Source: Squalus acanthias (lineage: Eukaryota). Taken from it: 64,000 bases of DNA. Numbering within the stretch: the stretch's first letter is position 1; every line of letters starts with the position of its first letter. A program made the position numbers and the translations under genes. The notes beneath the pieces were generated by a model, which saw only the letters and a list, made by a program, of their open reading frames with translations, did not search any database and was not told the DNA's origin. Below, in pieces: positions 35,878 to 49,039 of the stretch. The stretch spans positions 143,904,001-143,968,000 of the forward strand of contig CM059431.1 in the NCBI GenBank assembly GCA_030390025.1. Reading direction: 5' to 3'.

Positions 35878-38800
35878 AATGTAACTGTGGAAAGTCAGTA
35901 CTCATTACCCCAGTAGCTCAGGCGATTGATGCTCAGGGATAGTTTAAATCGGCATTTAAATTGTTAATGTCCTAACATACAGAAACAGCCTCCTCTGAGC
36001 TCACTGACGAGATACTGGCTCGGGGACCATGGGCTCAAAGCGCAAATATCAGTAAATCAATGGAACTTTTATCAAACAATATCCCAGATGGAAATGTAAC
36101 AATTTCTATCTAACCATGTGTCTGTTTTACTGAACTTCCCTGTAACAAGAAGAGATAAAATTGTATAACTAACTTTTTTCACAGTTGAAGCGGCAGCGCA
36201 TTGTCAAACCGGTTGGATTTGATTTGACCAGTGAGGTCGCTCCCTGTTCTGACGCCAATGAGGAATGTTTGAGCTGAAATCCAACCTGAGGGCGGGCAGC
36301 AGCTTTCGCACAGGGGGTGGAGCTCTGAGTCTCACAGAACAAGGATCAGATCAAATTCACAATTTGTGACTTGCTCAAATCAAACAAGGAACTTCTGCAT
36401 GATCGGCTCTCGTGAAATAACAAGGATGTAACTCCGAAAATCTACACGGAAATAAAGAGACAGAAAATCCTTGCGGGATCAAGGTAAGGTTAATGTAGCT
36501 TCTACGCTAATTTCTGTGTTTTATTCCTCCATTTCTCCCTTTACTCTTCCACTCTAAAGCATATTACCCGCGGTTTGTTATGTTCTCCAGCACCGGGGTT
36601 GCGGCTATTCTGTGAATGTGGGCTCAGACTGTGAATGTGGACAGTCCATTTTATTCCGGGGATTTCAGGGTTAATATCATTCCTGGTCTCCACCAGTCTC
36701 CCCACAGACACATTTTAAAGGGGTTGCGGGACAGAAAGGAGGAACACGAACTCTGGGGATTTAACCCAGCCAAGTCCAGCGGCGCCTCCTTCCCATGTTA
36801 GAATTTGCAGTTCAGTAAACACGGCTTGGAACCTGGTCCTGGGAACTCACTGCGGACTTTTACTCACTGAACCGTTTGGTGTGCAGCATAGTTTTATTTA
36901 TCTGATCAAAGGCGGGACCAGCAGTTCAGACCCAACACACAGTTCAGCTCAGTAAAGGATTAACACATTCGCACTGGCCGATTATCGATCTGTGCCGAGC
37001 ACCGGGAAAATCAGACTCTGGTTACCTGAGGCCGGACTGAAGGCGACCCCGTCACTCGATCGGAGTAACTTTGGAGAAAAATCTAGTCGCCGATTAATTA
37101 TAATAATGAAATGCTGCATAACCGAGAAATCACTGTTTAACTCAGTCAGGAACGCCTGTGAATTAGGTGAGAGAATGGAGCAGGGACTTGTGTTTTTGTT
37201 GAAATAAATTCATGTTAATGACACGGTTATTGTCAAACTGGCCGAAAAATCAGACAGAATAATCCCTTTAGACAGAAAATTACTTCAGGAATGTTTCAGA
37301 CGGAACCGGTTTCAGGCTGAAACCACTTTCAGCACAGACAGGAGGAATTCAATTAATGATCTTTGTAGTAAAAGTAATCACTCAAATTACCATAAGGTGG
37401 GAGGGACCCGGGACTTTTAGCAAATCTCTGTTTTACTTAACTTCCCTGGAACAAGAGATGAAGTAAATTTTATAAGTAACTTGGTTCACGTTTGAAGCGG
37501 CAGAGAATCGTCAAACCGGTTGGATTTGATTTGACCAGAAAGGCCGCTCCCTGTTTTGACGCCAATGAGGATTGTTTGAGTTGAAATCCATCGCGCGGGG
37601 TGGCAGCAGCTTTCACACAGAGGGCGGAGCTCTGAGTCTCACAGAACAAGGATCAGATCAATTCACAATTCGTGACTTGCTCAAATCAAACAACAAACTT
37701 CTGCATGATCGGTTCTAGTGAAATAACAAGGATGTAACTCGCAAAATCTACACGGAAATAAAGAGGCAGAAAATCCTTGCGGGATCAAGGTAAGGTTAAT
37801 GTAGCTTCTAAGCTTCATTTCTGTGTTTTATTCTTTCATTTCACCCTTTAATATTCCTCTCTAAAGCTTATTACCCGCGGTTTGATCAGTTCTCCAGCAC
37901 CGGGGTTGCGCCTTTTCTGTGAGTGTGGGCTCAGACTGTGACTGAGGAAAGTCCATTTTACACCGGGGATTTCAGGGTTAATCTCACTCCTGGTCTCCAC
38001 CAGTCTCCCCACAGACATATTTTAAAGGGATTGCGGGACACAAAGCAGGAAGACCAACTCTGGGAATTTAATCCAGCTAAGTCCAGCGGTTCCTCCTTCC
38101 CATGTTAGAATTTGCAGTTCAGTAAACAGGGCTGGGAACCTGGTCATTGGAACTCAGTGCGGACTTTTACTCACTGAACCGTTTGGTGTCCAGCACAGTT
38201 TTATTTAACTGATCAAATGCGGGTCCAGCAGTTCAGACCCAACACACAGTTCGGCTCAGTAAAGGTTTAACACATTCGCGCTGGCCGATTATCGCTCTGT
38301 GCCGAGCACCTGGAAAATCAGCCATGGTTACCTGAGGCCGATCTGAAGGCGACCCCATCAGGGGATCGGGGCAACGTCGGAGATAAAGCTAGTCCCCGAT
38401 TAATTATAATAATGAAATGCTGCATAACCGAGAAATCACTGCTTAAATCAGTCAGGTACGCATGTGAATTAGGTGAGAGAATGGAGCAGGGAGTTTGGTT
38501 TTTCCTGAAATAAATTCATGTTAATGAGGCGGTTATTGACAAACTGGCCGAAAAATTAGACAGGCTGATCCCTTGAGATAGAAAAAAACTTCAGGAATGT
38601 TTTAGACGGAAATCGGTTTCAGGTTGAAACCACCTTTCACACAGACAGGAGAAAACGAATTAATGATCTTTATATTAAAAGTAATTACACAAATTATTAA
38701 GAGGATGGCAGGGCCCCGGGACTTTTAGCAAATCTCTGTTTTACTGAACTTCCCTGGAAGAAGAGATGAAGTAAATTTTATAAATAACTCTGTGCACAGT

Positions 38801-40976
38801 TGGAGCGGCAGCGCATTGTCAAACCGGTTAGATTCGATTTGACCAGAATGACCGCTCCCTGTTCTGACGCCAATGAGGAATGTTTGAGTTGAGATCCATT
38901 CCGCGGACGGTCAGCAGCTTTCACACAGAGGGCGGAGCTCTGAGTCTCACAGAAGAAAGATCAGATCAAATTCACAATTTGTGACTTGCTCAAATCAAAC
39001 AAGGAACTTCTGCATGATCGGTTCCAGTGAAATAACAAGGAAAGAACTCGCAAAATCTACACGGAAATAAAGAGACCGAAAATCCTTGCGGGATCATGAT
39101 AAGATTAATGTAGCTTCTAAGCTTCATTTCTGTGTTTTATTCTTCCTTTTCACCCTTTACTCTTCCTCTCTAAAGCTTATTACCCGCTGTTTGATATGTT
39201 CTCCAGCACCGGGGTTGCGGCTATTCTGTGAGTGAGGGCTCAGACTGTGACTGAGGGCGGTCCATTTTACACCGGGGATTTCAGGGATAATCTCACTCTC
39301 GATCTCCACCAGTCTCCCCACAGACACATTTAAAAGCATTTGTGGGACAGAAAGCAGGAACACGAACTCTGGAGATTTAACCCAGCCATGTCCAGCGGTT
39401 CCTCCTTCCCATGTTAGAATTTGCAGTTTAGTAAACAGGGCTGGGAACCTGGTCCTTGGAACTCAGTGCGGACTTTTACTCACTGAACCGTTTGGTGTGC
39501 AGCATAGTTTTATTTATCTGATCAAAGGCGGGACCAGCAGTTCAGACCCAACACACAGTTCAGCTCAGTAAAGGGTTAACACATTCGCACTGGCCGATTA
39601 GCGCTCTGTCCCGAGCACTTGGAAAATCAGACTCTGGTTACCTGAGGCCGGTCTGAACACGATCCCGTCACTCGTCGGGAGGAAAGTCGGAGATAAAACT
39701 AATCCCCGATTAATTTTAATAATGAAATGCTGCATAACCAATAAATCACTGTTTAAATCAGTTAGGAACGCATGTGAATTAGGTGAGAGAATGGAGCAGG
39801 GACTTGTGTTTTTTTCTGAAATCAATTCATGTTAATGAGACGCTTATTGGCAAACTTGCCGAAAAATCAGAGACTGATCCCTTTAGAGAGAAACAAACTT
39901 CAGGAATGTTTCAGACGGAAACCGGTTTCAGGCTGAAACCACTTTTCACACAGACAGGAGAAAACCAATTAATGATCTTTATAGTAAAAGTAATTACTCA
40001 AATTCCCATAAGGTGGGAGGGCCCTGAGAATTTTATAGCAAATCTCTGTTTTACTTAACTTCCCTGGAACAAGAGATGAAGTAAATTTTAATACTAACTT
40101 CGTTCACAGTTGGAGCGGCAGCGAATCGTCAAACCGGTTGGATTTGATTTGATCAGTGAGGCCGCTCCCTGTTCAGACGCCAATGAGGAATGTTTGAGTT
40201 GAAAACCATCCTGAGGGCGAGCAGCAGCTTTCACACAGAGGGCGGAGCTCTGAGTCTCACAGAACAAGGATTAGATCAAATTCACAATTTCTGACTTGCT
40301 CAAATCAAACAAGGAACTTCTGCATGATCGGTTCTAGTGAAATAACAAGGATGTAACTCGCAAAATCTACACGTAAATAAAGAGACAGAAAATCCTTGCG
40401 GTATCAAGGTAAGATTAATGTAGCTTCTAAGCTTCATTTCTGTGTTTTATTCTTCCTTTTCTCACTTTACTCTTCCTCTCTAAAGCCTATTTCCCGCGGT
40501 CTGATATGTTCTCCAGCACCGGGGTTGCGGCTATTCTGTGAGTGTGGGCTCAGAATGTGACTGAGGACAGTCCATTTTACACCGGGGATTTCAGGGTTAA
40601 ACCCACTCCTGGTCTCCACCGTCTCCCCACAGACACATTTTAAAGCGGTTGCGGGACAGAAAGCCGGAAAGAAAGAAGAAAGAAAGACTTGCAATTTTAT
40701 GCAGCGCTTTTCACGACCACCGGACGTCTCAAAGCGCTTTACAGCCAATGAAGTCCTTTTTTGAAGTGAAGTCACGTTTGTGATGTGGGAAACGCGGCAG
40801 CCGTAATGCTCACAGCAAGCTCCCACAAACAGCAATGTGATAATGACCAGATAAATTGTTTTTTTTATGTTGATTGAGAGATAAATATTGGCCAGGACAC
40901 TGGGGATAACTCCCCTGCTCTTCTTCGAAATAGTGCCATGGGATCTTTTACGTCCACCTGGGAGTTCAGACGGGGC

Positions 40977-41444
40977 ACGCTACAGCCCTCTGGACTCAAT
41001 ATCGAGTTCAACAATTTTAGATCATAACCTCAGCTCCAATCACATTTATATTTTATTTTATCCACCCTTTTATTTGTCCCCCCCCCACCTTTTTTTCCCT
41101 CCTAGAAGTTGGCAGCTGTCCTTCATTCTGCCAGTGGATTTCACACTTCATTCAGCCTTAATCTGTCACATTAACACCACCTCTAGCCTTGCATATCTCT
41201 TAATGTCTCTTAATGTCTCTTCATCTCCCTCTTTGTTCCTTTATCCCCTCCCCCTTTTCCCAGCTTTACCCTGGCCTTAAATCTATTTGATTTCCGGCTC
41301 TTCCCAGTTCTGATGAAAGGTCATCGACCTGAAACGTTAACTCTCTTTCTCTCTCCACGGATGCTGCCTGGCCTGCTGAGTTTTTCCAGCGTTTTCTGTT
41401 GTTATTTCGGATTTCCAGCATCCGCAGTATTTTGCTATCGTATC
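40977..41444 (+). mobile_element. Penelope-like element 3' fragment (ORF end plus pseudo-LTR)
   Basis: Encodes LQPSGLNIEFNNFRS*, typical of the Penelope GIY-YIG C-terminus; 14-bp TSD agttcagacggggc at 40963-40976 and 41445-41458. Confidence 0.8.
41306..41342 (+). ncRNA. Minimal type I hammerhead ribozyme motif (Penelope-associated)
   Basis: AGTT-CTGATGA-A-AGGTC-atc-GACCT-GAAA-CGTT-AACT: core boxes, 5-bp helix II, 4-bp helix I, palindromic helix III. Confidence 0.7.
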
Positions 41445-41679
41445 AGTTCAGACGGGGCCTCGGGTTAACGTCTCATCCGAAAGATGGCACCTTCCGACAA
41501 TACAGACCAACTCTGGGGCTTTATCCATTGTGGTCCTGCGGCGCTTCCTCCCTATTGTAGAATTTGCTGTTCAGTCAGACAGGGGTGAGAAAGTGATCCT
41601 TTCTCAATCCGTATGCTTTTATTTTTTTACAGTAAGGCGCGTTGTTTTCACTCACTGAACCGTTTGGTTCCCAATACTG

Positions 41680-42772
41680 ACTTGAATAGAGAACTGGTTG
41701 GCAGACAGGAAGCAAAGACTTGGAATAAACGGTTCATTTTCCGAGTGGCAGGCAGTGACTAGTGGGGTTCCGCAGGGATCGGTCCGAGAACCCCAGCTCT
41801 TCAATAAATATATTAATGATCTAGACGAGGGAACTAGATATAATATCTCAAAGTTTGCAGCTGGGTGGGCGTCTGTGCTACGAGGAGGATGCAGAGAAAC
41901 TCCAGTATGATTTGGACAGGTTGGGTGATTGCACAGAAGCATGGCAGATGCAGTATAATGTGGATAAATGCGAGGTTATCCACTTTGGTGGCAAATCAGA
42001 AAGGCAGCTTATTATCTGAACGGCAATAGATTGGCAGAAGGGGAAGTGCAACGAGACCTGGGTGTCCTTGTGCACCAGTCGCTGAAGATAAGCAAGCAGG
42101 TACAACAGGCGGTTGAGCAGGCAAATGGTATGTTGGCCTTCGTAGCGAAAAGGTTTGAGTACAGGAACAAAGATGTCTTGCTGCAGCTGTACAGGGCCTT
42201 TGAGAGACCACACCTTGAGTATTGTGTGCAGTTTTGGTCGCCTTATCTGAGGAAGGATGTTCTTGCCATGGAGGGTGTGCAGCGAAGATTCAGCAGACTG
42301 AAAGCTGGGATGGCAGGAATGACGTACGAGGAGAGATTTGGTCGATTGGGCTTATACTCGTTGGCGTTTAGAAGAATGAGAGGAGATCTCACTGAAACTT
42401 ATAAAATTCTAACAGGGCTCTACAGACTGGATGCAGGAAGGATGTTCCCAATGGCGGGTGAGTCCAGAACCAGAGGTCACAGTCTAAAGATAAGGGGTAA
42501 GCCATTTAGGACAGAGAAGAGGAGGAATTTCTTCACGCAGTGAGTGGCGAACCTGTAGAATTCTCTACCACAGAAGGCAGTTGAGGCCAAGTCAGTAAAT
42601 ATATTCAAGAAGGAGTTAGATATATTTCTTAATGCTAACGTTATCAAGGGATATGGGAAGAAGGCAGGGACAGGGTACTGAGTGTAGATGATCAGCCATG
42701 ATCTCATCGAATGGCGGAGCAGGCTCGAGGGGCCGAAAGGCCTAATCCTGCTCCTATCTTCTATGTTTCTAC
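41680..42772 (+). mobile_element. CR1 LINE 3' fragment
   Basis: [35 protein letters not shown]; tail ctatgtttcta. Confidence 0.9.
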
Positions 42773-42774
42773 AT

Positions 42775-43730
42775 ATGGGGCTTGGTCAGTGGGGTGTGGG
42801 GCTGCGTTAGAGGGGTGTGGGGCTGTGTCAGTGTGGTATGGGGCTGGGTCAGTGGGGTGTGGGGCTGGGTTAGCGGGGTGTGGGGCTGTGTCAGTGGGGT
42901 TTGGGGCTGGGTCAGTGGGGTGTGGGGCTGGGTTAGAGTGGTGTGGGGCTTTGTCAGTGGGGTGTGGGGCTGGGTCTGTGTGGTGTGTGGCTTGGCCAGT
43001 GGGGTGTGGAGCTGCGCTATTGGTGTATGGGGCTGAGTCAGTCTGGTGTGGGGCTGTGTACAGTGGGTTGTGGTGCTGGGTCAGTGGTATGTCGGGCTGG
43101 GTTAGTGGGGTGTCGATGTGGAGCTCTGTCAGTGGTGTTTGAGGCTGGGTCAGTGTAGTTTTGGTGCAGTGTTTTTTCAGTTTTGCGAGGGTATGTGTCA
43201 GTCTGGTGAGGGGCTCGTTCGGTGTGATGTGGAGATGGGTCAATGGTGTCTGGGGCTGTGTCAGTGGGCTGTTGTGTGGGTCAGTGGGCTGTGGGGCTGG
43301 GCCAGTGGGGTGTTTGGCTGTGTCAGTGGGGTGTGGGGCTGGATCAGTAGGAATTTGGGCTGGGGCATTCGGTTGCGGGTGTGGGCCTGTTCAGTTGCGT
43401 TTTGGGCTATTTCATTGGGGTATACTTTTGGGGCTTTTTCGGTGGGGTGTGCGTGTGGGGCTGGGCCATTGGGATATGGCTGAAGGGCTGTGTCAGTGGG
43501 TTGCGGGGCTGGGTCATTGGGGTATGGGGCTGGGTTCGTGGATTGCAGGCCTGGGTCAGTATGGTTTCGGTGTGGGGCTGGGTCAGATGGGTTTCAGTGT
43601 AGGCCTGACACAATGGTGTGTGGAGCTAGGAGATGTGGAGTCTAGGTGTAGGGCTGGTCAGTGGGATGTGAGGCGGGATCAGTGAGGTGTTGGTGTAGGG
43701 CTGTGTCACTGGGGTGCGGTGTGGGGCTGT
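42775..43730. repeat. 21-bp G/T-rich minisatellite (left block)
   Basis: Unit gggctgggtcagtggggtgtg. Confidence 0.92.
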
Positions 43731-43731
43731 T

Positions 43732-45425
43732 CTTATTTTATTCGTTTATGGGATGTGGGCGTCGCTTGCAAGTACAGCCTTTATTGCCCATCCCTAATTG
43801 CCCTTTAGATAGAGGTGGTGAGCTGTTTTCTTGAACCGCTGCAGTCCCTTTGATGTAGGTAACCACACCGTGCATTTAGGGAGCGAGTTCCAGGATTTTT
43901 ACCCAGTGACGATGAAGGATCTTCGATATACTTCTAAGTCAGGATGGTGTGTGAATTGAAGGGGAACGTGGAGGTGATGGTGTTCCCATGCGCCTGCTGC
44001 CCTTGTCTTTCTAGGTGGAAGAGGGCGCGGGTTTGGGAGGTGCTTTCGAAGAAGCCTTAGCGAGTTGCAGCAATGCCTCTTGTAGATGGTAAACAATGCA
44101 CCCACGGTACGCTGGTGGTGGAGGGATTGAATGTTTATGGTGGTAGATGGGTTGCCAATCAAGCGGGTTGCATTGACCTGGATGGGGTCGAGCTTCTTGA
44201 GTGTTTTTGGAGCTGCACTCATTCAGGCAAGTAGAGAGTATTCCTTCACAATCCTTATTTGTGGCTTGTAGATGGTGGAAAGGCTTTGGGGAGTCAGAAG
44301 GTGAGACACTCGTCACGGAATACCTAGCCTGTGACCTGCTCTTTTTGCCACAATATTTATGTGGATGGTCCAGTTAAGTTTCTTGTCAATGGTAATCCTC
44401 AGGATGTTGATGGTGGGTGATTCATCAAGGGAAATGCCGTTGAATGTCAGGGGGCGGTGGTTAGACTCTCGCGTGTTGGAGATAGTCATTGCCTGCGTCC
44501 AGCTCTTGTTGCATGCGGGCATGGACTGCTTCATTACCTGAGGATTGTAAATGGCACTGAACACTGTGCAGTCATCAGCGAACATCTCCAATTCTGACCT
44601 TATGTTGGAGGGAAGTTCATTGATGATGCAGCTGAAGATGGTTGGACCTAGGCCACTGCCATGAGGATTTCCTGCAGCGATGTCCAGGGGCTGTTTGACC
44701 TCCAACCACCACAACCATCTTCCCTTGTGCGAGGTATGACTCCAGCCTTTGGAGGGTGTTACCCCCCCGCACTCCCCCCCCCCGCGGTTCCCATTGACTT
44801 CAGTTTTACTCGGGGACCTGGATGCCACATTCGGTCAAATGCAGCCTTTGTGTCAAGGGCAGTCACTCTCACCTCACCTCTGGAATTCAGCTCCTTTGTC
44901 CATGTTTGGACCAGGCTCTAATGAGGTCGGGAGACGAGCGGTCTTGGTGGAATCCAAACAGGGCATCAGCGAGCAGATTATTGGTGAGTAAGCGCCGCTT
45001 GATATCACTGTCGATGACACCTTCCATCACGTTGCTGATGATTGATAGTAGACTGATGGGGCGGTAATTGGCTGGATTGGATTTGGCCTGCATTTTGTGG
45101 ACAGGACATACCTGGGTAGTTTTCCAAATTGTCAGGTACATGCCAGTGTTGTAGCTGTACTGGAACAGCTTGGCTAGAGGAGCCGCAAGTTCTGGAGCAC
45201 AAGTCTTCAGCACGAAAGCCGTGAGATTGTTGGGGCCCTCTGCTATATCAAGTGCGCTCAGTCGTTTCTTGATATCACGTGAAGTATATCGAATTGGCTG
45301 AAGATTGGCTTCTGTGATGGTTGGGACCTGAGCAGTAGGCCTATATGAATCATCCACTCGGCAAATCTGGCTGAAGATTATTGCAAAGGATCAGCCTAGT
45401 GTTTTGCACTCACGTGCTGGTCATT
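43732..45425 (-). mobile_element. Non-CR1 LINE (RTEX/Jockey-like) RT remnant inserted in the minisatellite
   Basis: LKTCAPELAAPLAKLFQYSYNTG...NPANYRPISLLS, GS.LGPTIF...FADD; 3' end near 43735. Clade assignment is tentative. Confidence 0.8.
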
Positions 45426-45429
45426 GGGG

Positions 45430-46425
45430 AGTGGGCTATGTCAGTGGGGTGTCATTGTGGGTTCGGTCAGTGAGGTGTGGGGCTGGGTCAGTGGGGTTTT
45501 GAGCTGGGTCAGTGGGGTGTCTGTGTGGGCCTTGGTCAGTGGTGTGTGGAGCTGGGCCATTGGGATGTCGGTCTAGGGCTGGATCAGTGGGGTGTGGGGC
45601 TGCGTCAGTGGGGTTTTGAGCTGGGTCAGTGGGGTGTCTGTGTGGGCCTTGGTCAGTGGTGTGTGGAGCTGGGCCATTGGGATGTCGGTCTAGGGCTGGA
45701 TCAGTGGGGTGTGGGGCTGCGTCAGTGGGGGGCGGGGCTGGGTCAATTGGGTGCGGGGCTGGTTCAGTGGGGTGCGGGGCTGGGTCAGTGGGCTGCGGGG
45801 CTTGGTCAGTGGGGTGTGGGGCTGGGTCAGTGGGGTGTGGGACTGGGTCAGTGGGTTGCGGGACTGGGCCAGTGGTGTGTGGGGCTGGATCAGTGGGGTG
45901 AGGGAATGGGTCAGTGTGATGAGGGGCTTGGTCAGTGGGGTGTGGAACTTGGTCAGTGGGGTGTGGGGCTTGGTCAGTAGGGTGAGGGTCTGGGTCAGTG
46001 GGGTGTGGGACTGGTTCAGTGGGGTGTGGGACTGGGTCAGTGGGGTGTGGGGCTGGGTCAGTGGGGTGTAGGACCATGTCAGTGGGGTGTGGATCTGGGT
46101 CAGTGGGGCGAGGGCCTTGGTCAGTGGGGTGAGGTGCTTAGTCAGTGGGGTGAGGGGCTGTGTCAGTGGGTTGAGGGGCTGTGTCAGTTGGGTACAGGGC
46201 TTGGTCAGTGGGGTGCGGGGCTGGGTCAGTGGGGTGCGGGACTGGTTCAGTGGAGTGTTGGGCTGAGTCGGTGAGGTGTGGGGCTGGGCCAGTGTGGTGC
46301 GAGGCTGGGTCAGTGGTGTGTGGGGCTGGGTCAGTGGGCTCTGGGCTGGGTTAGTGTGCTGTTGGGCTGGGTCAGTGGAATGCGGGGCTGGTCCATTGGG
46401 GTGCTTGTCTGGGACAGTGGGGTGT
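45430..46425. repeat. 21-bp G/T-rich minisatellite (right block)
   Basis: Same unit as 42775-43730; includes an internal ~120-bp duplication within 45485-45725. Confidence 0.92.
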
Positions 46426-46429
46426 CAAC

Positions 46430-46875
46430 GAGCATCAGATCTCTGCTGCCCGATCATCCCTTTCCTTGCGAGTCTACTTTGGCAGCCAGTCCCCGAGCGT
46501 CTCCAATTTATACTGCCATCGTCATTTAATCTCTTCATGGTCATGTCCCTTCCTGTCTCTGTAACCTCCTCCAGCCCTACAATTCCCCATCACCAAGATC
46601 TCTCTATTCCTGTGAATCTGGCCTCTTGTGGCATTTCACCCTCTCCTCCCTCCAGCTATGGCGGTTGTGCCTTCGGCTGCCCCGGCTCAATGCTCATCAA
46701 TTCCCCACCTAAACCTCTCCAGCTCCCTCCTCCTTTAGAACACTCCGAAACTCACTGCTGTGACCAACATTCTGACCACGCCTCCTTCGACCCCCGTTAG
46801 TCTGAGCCCATCGTTTTTCGCACTTGGCTTCTGTGAAACACCTTGCGATGTGTTTCAATGGACAAGTTGTTGTAG
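46430..46875 (+). mobile_element. L2-type LINE 3' remnant
   Basis: ctctgtaacctcctccagccctaca...ggcggttgtgccttcggctg...tgtgaaacaccttg; homologous to 51420-51740. Confidence 0.65.
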
Positions 46876-47998
46876 CTGTGTGTTTATTGTACCAGTGTCA
46901 GCGTGAGTGACACAGCAGATAACTGAATCTGACAAGATCTCAAACTTGGTTATAAATTAATGCCGGAGAATAAGTTCAACTACAGTTTGGAGGAAGTAAT
47001 GATCCGATACTGAATCACTTTTACATTTCCCCAGTTGGGAAATGAAAGGACGCTGACTGAGAGTTTGATTGGACGCACGTGCGTGGACACACACACAGCG
47101 AGACACGCGCACAAGTGGAGAATATTCACTGTAAAACAGCAGGCAAGTCTACCACTTGTATATTTATGGTCATTTCTGAGATTGAAAAGACCTGTGAAAA
47201 TATTCCACAAATCAATGCTGTGCATCACCTCACTGATTAAAGTGACATGATTCATAACATTATACATTAGTGTTAATATTAGTGGAACAGCGGTAAATGT
47301 CCTCACCTCCTGCAGTGCTCATTAGTCAGGTACTGACACCATGAGAGATATGGTCAATATATTCAAATAGAAGCACCAACCAGGACACATCTCCATGAAC
47401 ACACGGACAATGTCACTGTCCATATAGACCAAAGGATCACACCCAGCTGTATATTGTGTATGTGGATAGATATAATTTTCATAAAGTACCGGAATTTAAC
47501 ATCAATACTCAATCAAAAACATTCCGCACAAATCTGTGAATAAAATATTCCAATACCGCCAGATTGCTTAAAACCGAGTGGTAGATCATTCAGTTCATCA
47601 ATGATCACCCGGCTCAATATTTCCCTGCAGAATATTCTCTACCTCAGGAATAAGGCTGGTTTTGGCCTGCACTGTGTGAGTAAATCTCACCAATGGGCGC
47701 TCCCAGTGCGGAGTCTCGGTCGACGGGAGCCCGTCTGGAACTCGGTTGTGGCGATCAGCGGGATTCACTGGATTTCACTGGGCAGCTGTCTGTGTCACAC
47801 CTGATGTTGAGAGTTGATCGTTACACTCGGTAAATGCTCGATCACAGAGCTTACAGCTGTTCTACTGATGGGGAGGAGGGACTTGATATCATGTTTAACA
47901 AGGCAACGTTCACCTTCACTTTAATATTTCCGTCTAACCCTCCTATTAAGATTATACATATAACACAGCATCAGAATCTGGGAACGCCTGTCATCAAC

Positions 47999-48062
47999 AT
48001 GGCTGATGGTCCAACCAGGGGAGAAGATCCAACATCTTCAAAAAGAATGAGAATGGACACTG
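47999..48062 (+). CDS. NLR-type (CARD-NACHT-LRR-like) gene, first coding exon
   Basis: aacATGG context; MADGPTRGEDPTSSKRMRMDT then G|GTAGG (phase 1); acceptors at ~47968/47974. Confidence 0.7.
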
Positions 48063-48423
48063 GTAGGTTCACAAAATACGTTAAAATATAATTTCTGTTC
48101 TGACAAAGGGTCCAGATCTCCTGCAAGAACCTGCAGCTCACACAGGAAGAGGGAACAGGATAGAGCTGATTAGAAAGAGGGAAGTGAGTGACCAATTAGA
48201 GAGGCGCCGCAGTCAGAGGTGGAAGGAGCCCCCGAATACTGGAACTGTCCAATAGATACCTGGTATTGGGGACTGTAAGGTGGATAGAATCAGTTACTCA
48301 GTGGACGGTCTTTCTGAGCATCTGTGTGACATCAGGGAACCACCCCGAGTGGGGCGGGGGTGAGAGGCAGGTGGGGCAGAGGAATAGGATGGCGATAAAC
48401 TTCTCTGACGTGTAGAGTTTCAA

Positions 48424-49010
48424 CTATTTTAGTCTATCTTGATAACTGAGATGCGTTAGACTGTGAATTAGTCTAGTGGCCCTCCTCTGCACCCTTTCCA
48501 AGGCCTCAATTTCGCCCACCATTTGAGGAGACCAAACTGGACAGAGTGTTCCAAGTGAGGCCTGACCATGGTCTTGCACAAGGATAAAATACTGTTCCTC
48601 GTCTGATAAAAAATTGTCCAATGAATGCACCCAAAATCCTGTTTGCTCGAGCCTTCACTTCACGGTATTGCTCATGTACTTTTAGACATGTATGCACTAG
48701 AGAGCCCAGATCTTTCTTTCTCCACCTTCTTTAATGTTTTTCCCTGAAGGGTGTATGAATGTTGAGCATTCGCCCTGCCCACATGCAGAACACTCCACTT
48801 ATACAACTTAAACATCATTCGCCAGTCATGAGCCTAATCACCCAACACATGAAGATGCGGTTTTGTTGAGATGTGACTATACAGGTCAAAGGAATGTCGT
48901 ACATGCGGTGTATGTGTGTTATCAGAGGGTGTTTGATAATGTGGTTCACAGGAGCCTTCAGCCGTTTGGTAAAATAAGAAATGTAGCCGCCTGGGTAGAA
49001 AGTGGTAATG
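48424..49010. mobile_element. Old CR1-like fragments (minus-strand 3' piece; plus-strand RT piece) in the intron
   Basis: Minus: VWSP...ALERVQRRATRLI...LSYQDRLK. Plus: AVYVCYQRVFDNVVH, resembling VYLDFQKAFDKVPH. Confidence 0.7.
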
Positions 49011-49039
49011 TGTTTAGTTTTCTCCATTTGTGTCCACAG

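Larger units (their letters stand above)
40670..41500 (-). mobile_element. Deu-domain SINE split by a Penelope insertion
   Basis: (gaaa)n tail, Deu domain cagcaagctcccacaaacagcaatg; continues after 41458 with tcgggttaacgtctcatccgaaagatggcacc. Confidence 0.8.
36120..41670 (+). repeat. Tandem array of ~1.31-kb units (3 complete plus 1 interrupted)
   Basis: tctgttttactkaacttccctg recurs at ~36121, ~37428, ~38736 and ~40046; unit 4 is interrupted by a SINE at ~40670 and resumes ~41500-41670. Confidence 0.93.

Noticed and set aside
36616..40058. Short ORFs or snRNA/5S genes in the 1.3-kb units
   Set aside because: ORFs are short, often non-ATG and not kept in all units; no RNA gene sequence recognised.
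42711..46800. Gly/Trp-rich and Pro/His-rich ORFs
   Set aside because: Frames of the 21-bp G-rich minisatellite.
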